32,000 nt of DNA, taken from assembly GCA_025839675.1 (NCBI GenBank), contig CP104013.1, forward strand, positions 4,260,001 to 4,292,000, given 5' to 3'. A program made the translations under genes and the position numbers. Origin of the DNA: Candidatus Lokiarchaeum ossiferum (GTDB lineage Archaea; Asgardarchaeota; Lokiarchaeia; Sigyniarchaeales; Promethearchaeaceae). Each line of letters starts with the position of its first letter. The stretch's first letter is position 1. The notes under the pieces were generated by a model. The model saw only the letters and a program-made list of their open reading frames with translations, was not told the DNA's origin and did not search any database. Below are positions 26,865-32,000 of this stretch, piece by piece.

Positions 26865-27980
26865 GTGCAGCTTGAAGAAATAATGGCATTTTTATCAAAA
26901 TCTGATATTATTTATTTTGCCAGCGTAGAAAATTGTCAACCCCGCGTGCGTGTAATGGGGTTGATTTATTCAAATGAAAAATTTTGGGTAACATCCAAAA
27001 CTTCCCGTACAAAGATAAATCAATTGAAAGAAAATTCCTCTTTTGAATTTTGCACTGTCATCAAGCAAGGAAATAGTCTTGGGACTATTCGTGCAAGAGG
27101 TACTGCTAATATTATTGACGATAATGATATTAAATCCGCTGTGTCTAAATCAATTTCTTGGTTCGATACATATTGGAAATCGTCCCAAGACCCTGATTAT
27201 ACATTAATAGAGTTGGATATCCATGAACTTTTTGTTCAAAGTCCGTTTGACAAAGAATTTTATCATTATTCCTTAAAAGAAGTTGAAAAATGTGAAGACG
27301 ATTGGCCTGAAAAGTTATATAATAGTCTAGAAACAGTTGTGGGTGCAGATCGTCGATCAGAAATAATAAAAGTGAAACCTGGTTTTGGAGATAAATATAC
27401 GTTGGGTGAAATTGAAGATTGGACAATTTCTGCAGTCAATTCTATGGAACAAAAACTTTCAAGACAAGAAACACACGAATGTATTTCTCAATGTGCTCAT
27501 ATAATGCCAGATTCACGAATTAAAATCTATCGGGATGTTTATGAAAAACATCATGATGTCGATGAGGTATTGGATTACATGCAAACATCTTTTCTACAAC
27601 GTTTGGAAGATCGTTTTGAAATGAAAATGGAATGGAGAAATGCTGTCATGGATGGAAAGTGGGGTGAAGCAGGCTATCGCAAAAATTCTTCAATTATCGC
27701 CACCAAAATGCCTGCAAATTTTATTGCATATTTTGAAGCAGAAGGCAAAATTGAGAAAGGGAAATGCTACTGTCATTGCGGGAGGATACGAAATCTGATT
27801 GGATCTTCGGAAAAAAATCTTTCTCCTTCCTATTGCTACTGTGGAGGTGGATTTTATAAGTCAAATTGGGAACGTATTTTATCCCAGCCTGTGGAGATAA
27901 AATTACTCAAATCAATTCTTCAAGGTGATGATGTCTGCCAATTCGAAATTAAATTACCCGAAAATATTGTTAAAAAATAA
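26865..27980 (+). CDS. fusion protein: N-terminal pyridoxamine-5'-phosphate-oxidase-like FMN-binding split barrel + C-terminal Cys-rich domain of unknown function
   Basis: The N-terminal ~135 aa has the PNPOx-like pattern (IIYFASVENCQPRVRVMGLIYSNEKFWVTSKTSRTKINQLKENS). The C-terminal domain carries CYCHCG, YCYCGGGFY and GDDVCQFEI. GTG start with an AGGTG RBS 5 nt upstream. Confidence 0.55.
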   Translation: MQLEEIMAFLSKSDIIYFASVENCQPRVRVMGLIYSNEKFWVTSKTSRTKINQLKENSSFEFCTVIKQGNSLGTIRARGTANIIDDNDIKSAVSKSISWFDTYWKSSQDPDYTLIELDIHELFVQSPFDKEFYHYSLKEVEKCEDDWPEKLYNSLETVVGADRRSEIIKVKPGFGDKYTLGEIEDWTISAVNSMEQKLSRQETHECISQCAHIMPDSRIKIYRDVYEKHHDVDEVLDYMQTSFLQRLEDRFEMKMEWRNAVMDGKWGEAGYRKNSSIIATKMPANFIAYFEAEGKIEKGKCYCHCGRIRNLIGSSEKNLSPSYCYCGGGFYKSNWERILSQPVEIKLLKSILQGDDVCQFEIKLPENIVKK

Positions 27981-28003
27981 AAATCAATTGAAAAGTGTTT
28001 TTT

Positions 28004-28984
28004 CTACTTCTTTTTCATCAAACACAGAAAGAATGCATCTGTATCATGAAGGTTTGGATATAATCGCCGGGATTTGATTAAATCATATCCGAATTCCATA
28101 TCTCCAATGTGTTCATGACCTGGCATTCCTATATCTTCAAAGGGTTCGATAATATCGATATCTTTTCTTTGACTGATCGTTTCAGATACTACTTGTTCAT
28201 TTTCTTGATAATGGAATGAACAAGTGGAATACATTAAATATCCTCCAGAAGGTAGTAAATCTAAACCGGTTTTCAATAATCTTTTCTGAATTTGAGATAA
28301 TCGTTTAATATCTTTGTCATTTTTAACTTTCTTTAAATTTGGATCTCCTCGAATAATACCACTTCCGCTACAGGGAGCATCCAATAATATTTTATTAGGG
28401 ACAAATGATGCTAAATTATTGGAATTTAGTTGTGTGGAATCAAAGGGAAAAATAATACAATTTTTAATTCCACATCGTTTGACATTCGATGTTAAAGCGC
28501 GTAACCTTGATGGTTTTGCATCTACTGCTACTAATGTTCCTTTTTGCTCCATAATTTGTGCAATTTGGGTGGTTTTACTCCCTGGTGCAGCACACATATC
28601 AAGTATATTATCTCCTGGTTGAGGAAACAAGAAATGTACTGGAATCATTGAAGCTAAAGATTGAATATAATATTTTCCTTTCAAATATTCATGAGTCGCC
28701 CCTAATCGATATTGGGCATCGGAGCTATCTACATGGAATGCATAATCTACCCATTTTGTTGGTCGTAGATGAAATCCCTTTGCTTCTAAAAGAGTTTTAA
28801 CTTCTTGAGGGTTGGATTTTAAAGTATTTACTCGGATAGTATCGACATCTGGTTTATTGAAAGCACGGATCACACCCATATAATCATCTGGGAAGTTGAT
28901 CATAATTTGCTCCATCATAAACGGGGAGTACGCATAATCTTCAGCAAGTTGTCGTATTTTATCTGATTCTGATAATTGTGTCAT
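28004..28984 (-). CDS. NOL1/NOP2/Sun-family RNA cytosine-C5 methyltransferase
   Basis: SAM motif DMCAAPGSKT, motif IV LDAPCSGSG and motif VI YSTCS, which supply the two catalytic Cys. Confidence 0.9.
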   Translation of the reverse strand: MTQLSESDKIRQLAEDYAYSPFMMEQIMINFPDDYMGVIRAFNKPDVDTIRVNTLKSNPQEVKTLLEAKGFHLRPTKWVDYAFHVDSSDAQYRLGATHEYLKGKYYIQSLASMIPVHFLFPQPGDNILDMCAAPGSKTTQIAQIMEQKGTLVAVDAKPSRLRALTSNVKRCGIKNCIIFPFDSTQLNSNNLASFVPNKILLDAPCSGSGIIRGDPNLKKVKNDKDIKRLSQIQKRLLKTGLDLLPSGGYLMYSTCSFHYQENEQVVSETISQRKDIDIIEPFEDIGMPGHEHIGDMEFGYDLIKSRRLYPNLHDTDAFFLCLMKKK

Positions 28985-28995
28985 ATTTTTTCCCT

Positions 28996-29784
28996 CTATG
29001 AACCTTTGCGTAAGTATGTCCCTAAATCCGTTAATGTCATCAAACTTAGTGTGAAATTCTGTGATCGACTATAATCATCAACCGATTTATATTCACCCTC
29101 AACTGGACGTTTCACACCCGCTTGTTTGACCCGCAATAGAGCAAGTCCTATATAATCATCCCGCTCATCAAACACAAAAATGAGTTTCTTCTTAACAATT
29201 GAACTTATTTCAGAGATCACGCAATCCAATTCGATGGGTCTTCCATAACTAAACGCCTTAGCTCCATCCTCATCAATTTGAATGATTTGTAAATCCTTAA
29301 AAATCTCAGGATAGGATTGTTTTGTTAAGTGATAAATAAATTCCCCTCCCTCATAGGAAAGGAAAAAGGCTCGTTCAAATCCAGTTCGTGTTCTTTTTCT
29401 TCGCATATATCCAAAATGAATTCCACAATGTACTAATGGGAATTTTCGCGAGAATTTTTTGACTATTCGGCTCATAGTTGTTGGAACTAAATATATGTCT
29501 CGTGAAATATCTTCAAATTGATAAAGAACATAATTACCTGAATTTGCTATGGAATCAAATAAATTGGGAGAGACCGATTCAAAATATTCTTTAATTAGAG
29601 TTACATTCGTAGCATTTAAAGGTACAAATTTCGTCTCACGGGATTGGGATGTTTTTTTCTTGTGGTGGGTTTTTTTCTGCACTTTTTTTGAAGTCCTTTT
29701 ATAACCCATTTTAGGAAGACCTTTAGCTTTTCGCCGTGTCGAGCTATCGTGTGAATAATCTTCAGTTTTTTTCCCGGAGTCCAT
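28996..29784 (-). CDS. NIP7-like pre-PUA/PUA-domain protein with Lys/Arg-rich N-terminal extension
   Basis: Aligns by eye along the full length of human NIP7. Matches include [21 protein letters not shown] vs [39 protein letters not shown] vs [34 protein letters not shown] vs VVVYSMADIPLGFGVA, and [10 protein letters not shown] vs ADIGEYVRHE. It ends 11 nt before the methyltransferase gene. Confidence 0.65.
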   Translation of the reverse strand: [262 protein letters not shown]

Positions 29785-30089
29785 GGTTTCGATTCAAGAA
29801 GAATAGGTTTCCACTACCAATTAACTTTTTGATCATTTAACGTAAACTTCCCACAATCAATCTTATGTAAAATTACAGTAAAATTATTTTAGATTTATTT
29901 GATTTGATTGAATAATTTTTTGATGTGCTGGATTAATTATATATATTTTGTCTAAATGTTGTTTTCGTAATTTTCCAGTGAATCTAATCGTAATTCTTCA
30001 GTTTCAAATGATATTCCGTCCTCCAATTAACTATATTTTTATAGTCGCATTTTTCAAATGTTATTTAGAATACAAATTTGGGATGTCTC

Positions 30090-30314
30090 ATGGCTGATAA
30101 AACAAACAAATTTAAAGGTGACGGGACCGATGAATTGAGAAGATTGATTGTTAATTATTATCGAAATCATGTTTATGGAGCTTTTGCTGATAATTTTTTG
30201 GAATGGAATCCAAAAAATAAATTAGTAATTATTGATCTTATCAAGCAAGAATTTCAAGAATGTGACTTGCAAACCATTGAATCCATCATGGATGAATATT
30301 ACAAGGAATTCTGA
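30090..30314 (+). CDS. small hypothetical protein (74 aa from ATG 30090)
   Basis: ORF-track entry 30078..30314 starts at TTG, and an in-frame ATG lies at 30090 (MADKTNKF...). No recognisable motif. Confidence 0.4.
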   Translation: MADKTNKFKGDGTDELRRLIVNYYRNHVYGAFADNFLEWNPKNKLVIIDLIKQEFQECDLQTIESIMDEYYKEF

Positions 30315-30417
30315 CATTATTCGTTTTTTTTATCATTTATGTTCTAAATGATTCAAAGTTTTTTTTCGCACTGATATGGTTTATATTATTTTTTGTATTA
30401 AAAATTCATGAACACAA

Positions 30418-31734
30418 ATGATTTCCAACCAAGATCTTGAAAAAATCGGCCTTCACATCCCCAAAATCCTTTTGCCTAAATCAGGACTTTCTTTAGAAAA
30501 ATGGGCTGTTGTTGCCTGTGATCAATATACCGCTGAGCCGGAATATTGGCAAGAAGTTGAACAAATTGTGGGAACTGATCCTAGTACATTACGCTTAATT
30601 TATCCTGAAGTCTACTTAAAGGAATCTAAAGCTGATAAGGAATCTCGAATCAAAAAAATAAACCACACCATGAATGAGTATCTAAAAGCAAAAGTATGGG
30701 TAGAGCATGAGGGGTTAGTTTATCTGGAACGAACAACTCATGGAAAAACTCGTCAAGGTTTAATGGTTGCTCTTGATTTGGAAAACTATGATTATTCCAA
30801 GGGATCTCAAACCCTAATTCGAGCCACTGAAGGTACTATTGTTGATCGTTTGCCCCCTCGGATCAAAATTCGAGAGAATGCTCCCGTGGAATTACCTCAT
30901 ATTATGGTTCTAATCGACGATCCTCAAAAACAAGTGATTGAATCTCTTGCAACAAGTCAGAAAACTTTAGTTTATGATTTTGATCTTATGATGAAAGGTG
31001 GCCACCTTAAGGGATACACCCTTTCCAAAGATTTAGAAGATCAAATCGTAAAAGAATTAACCGGTTTAACAGATCTTGCCCAATACCGAGAAAAATATAA
31101 GTTATCTTCATCTATTTCTGACATCCTATTATATGCAATGGGTGATGGAAATCATTCTCTTGCCACAGCGAAAGCCATTTGGGAGCAAACCAAGAAAGAA
31201 AAGGGTATGGATCATCCTTCTCGTTATGCTCTCGTTGAATTAGTTAATCTTCATTCTGATGCTTTGGAATTTGAACCTATTCATCGAATCTTGTTTGGCG
31301 TATCCTTTGATATTATTGAGGCAATGAAGAAATTTTACAATAATCAACTCAAAATTGTTGAAGTACAAAAAGCTGAAATGATCAAAATTGTGAAATCGAG
31401 TACTTCTCAAGTATTCGGTTTGTTATTTGATAACCGTTATTTTACCGTGGAATTTACACATCCTCCTACAAATCTAACTGTAGGTTCCTTACAACAATGG
31501 TTGGATTCGATCGTAAAAGCCAATGAAGTAGAAGAAATTGATTATGTCCACGGCACGGATGCTACTGTGCAGATAGGAATGCAAACTGGGAATGTTGGCT
31601 TTTTCCTTCCAGTTTTAAAGAAGGAAGAACTCTTCCCCACAGTAATCTTGGATGGTGCTCTCCCCCGAAAAACGTTTAGTATGGGAGAAGCCGAAGAGAA
31701 ACGGTTCTATTTTGAAGCTCGAAAAATTCAATAA
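30418..31734 (+). CDS. DUF1015 family protein
   Basis: Size (438 aa) and motifs recalled for DUF1015: VVACDQYT near the N-terminus, YAMGDGNHSLATAKA (the ADGHHR-like position) and LEFEPIHRILF. Confidence 0.55.
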   Translation: MISNQDLEKIGLHIPKILLPKSGLSLEKWAVVACDQYTAEPEYWQEVEQIVGTDPSTLRLIYPEVYLKESKADKESRIKKINHTMNEYLKAKVWVEHEGLVYLERTTHGKTRQGLMVALDLENYDYSKGSQTLIRATEGTIVDRLPPRIKIRENAPVELPHIMVLIDDPQKQVIESLATSQKTLVYDFDLMMKGGHLKGYTLSKDLEDQIVKELTGLTDLAQYREKYKLSSSISDILLYAMGDGNHSLATAKAIWEQTKKEKGMDHPSRYALVELVNLHSDALEFEPIHRILFGVSFDIIEAMKKFYNNQLKIVEVQKAEMIKIVKSSTSQVFGLLFDNRYFTVEFTHPPTNLTVGSLQQWLDSIVKANEVEEIDYVHGTDATVQIGMQTGNVGFFLPVLKKEELFPTVILDGALPRKTFSMGEAEEKRFYFEARKIQ

Positions 31735-31913
31735 GATATTTCAAGAAATCATTTTTTTCATTATTTCCTTCTCATCCTTATTCTGGGTATAGTCTAGAAA
31801 TTTGTTTCAATTTTTGAAAAAAAGTGCTATGTATCTCTGACAAAGTTTAAATATTTGTTATTTCTATATAGTCATGTTGTTAAATCTACATAACCTAAAA
31901 TGAGGAAAATTGC

Positions 31914-32000
31914 ATGGCACAAATTCTCACACATGATCCTAAAATCATTCAGCCCGAGTTAAATCGCGAAGAAATCCAAATTGAAATCAAACCATCTTTT
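31914..32000 (+). CDS. 5' end of an unidentified CDS running off the window
   Basis: ATG 31914 is preceded by TGAGGAAAA. The frame MAQILTHDPKIIQPELNREEIQIEIKPSF stays open to the window edge. It is too short to assign. Confidence 0.3.
   Translation, partial: MAQILTHDPKIIQPELNREEIQIEIKPSF

Noticed and set aside
1-32000. Searched for CRISPR arrays, tRNA/rRNA, IS elements, integrases, toxin-antitoxin pairs and known defence-system genes
   Set aside because: I saw no direct-repeat/spacer periodicity, no GC-rich structured islands typical of RNA genes in an AT-rich genome, and no transposase, integrase or nuclease-ATPase defence signatures among the ORFs.

Overview
AT-rich archaeal chromosomal segment (roughly one-third GC by eye, not computed). 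It is densely coding, with about 30 CDSs on both strands. I found no rRNA/tRNA gene, CRISPR array, transposase/integrase or long repeat. Archaeal origin is supported by a group II chaperonin (thermosome), aCPSF1/FttA, a form III-type RuBisCO next to a ribose-1,5-bisphosphate isomerase, TrmB-type regulators and a NIP7 homologue. Much of the window is housekeeping: PurE, AroE, a Cof-type HAD phosphatase, a DEAD-box helicase and an RNA m5C methyltransferase. Nothing resembles a known defence island or mobile element, and I cannot point to one clear-cut novel system. The items most worth a second look are: (1) an unusually long (555 aa) RuBisCO that keeps the catalytic residues, paired with R15P isomerase; (2) a secreted minimal caspase-fold protease next to an untracked 42-aa four-Cys ORF and a divergent TrmB-like regulator; (3) a DEAD-box helicase ending in a textbook C2H2 zinc finger; (4) a NIP7-like / NOP2-Sun methyltransferase gene pair that mirrors the eukaryotic Nop2-Nip7 pre-60S module; (5) an orphan LarC with a NikR-fold regulator lacking the canonical Ni ligands, next to a tandem-wHTH regulator divergent from a PNPOx / Cys-rich fusion protein; (6) a membrane-anchored multi-CxxC (B-box-like) zinc finger; (7) a truncated GH2-like protein lacking the catalytic glutamates. 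Lineage cannot be assigned from the sequence alone. Low GC plus several eukaryote-flavoured domain add-ons fits an uncultured Asgard (Lokiarchaeia-like) or similar archaeon, but that is inference. All alignments were done by eye from memory of family motifs. No database search was possible.
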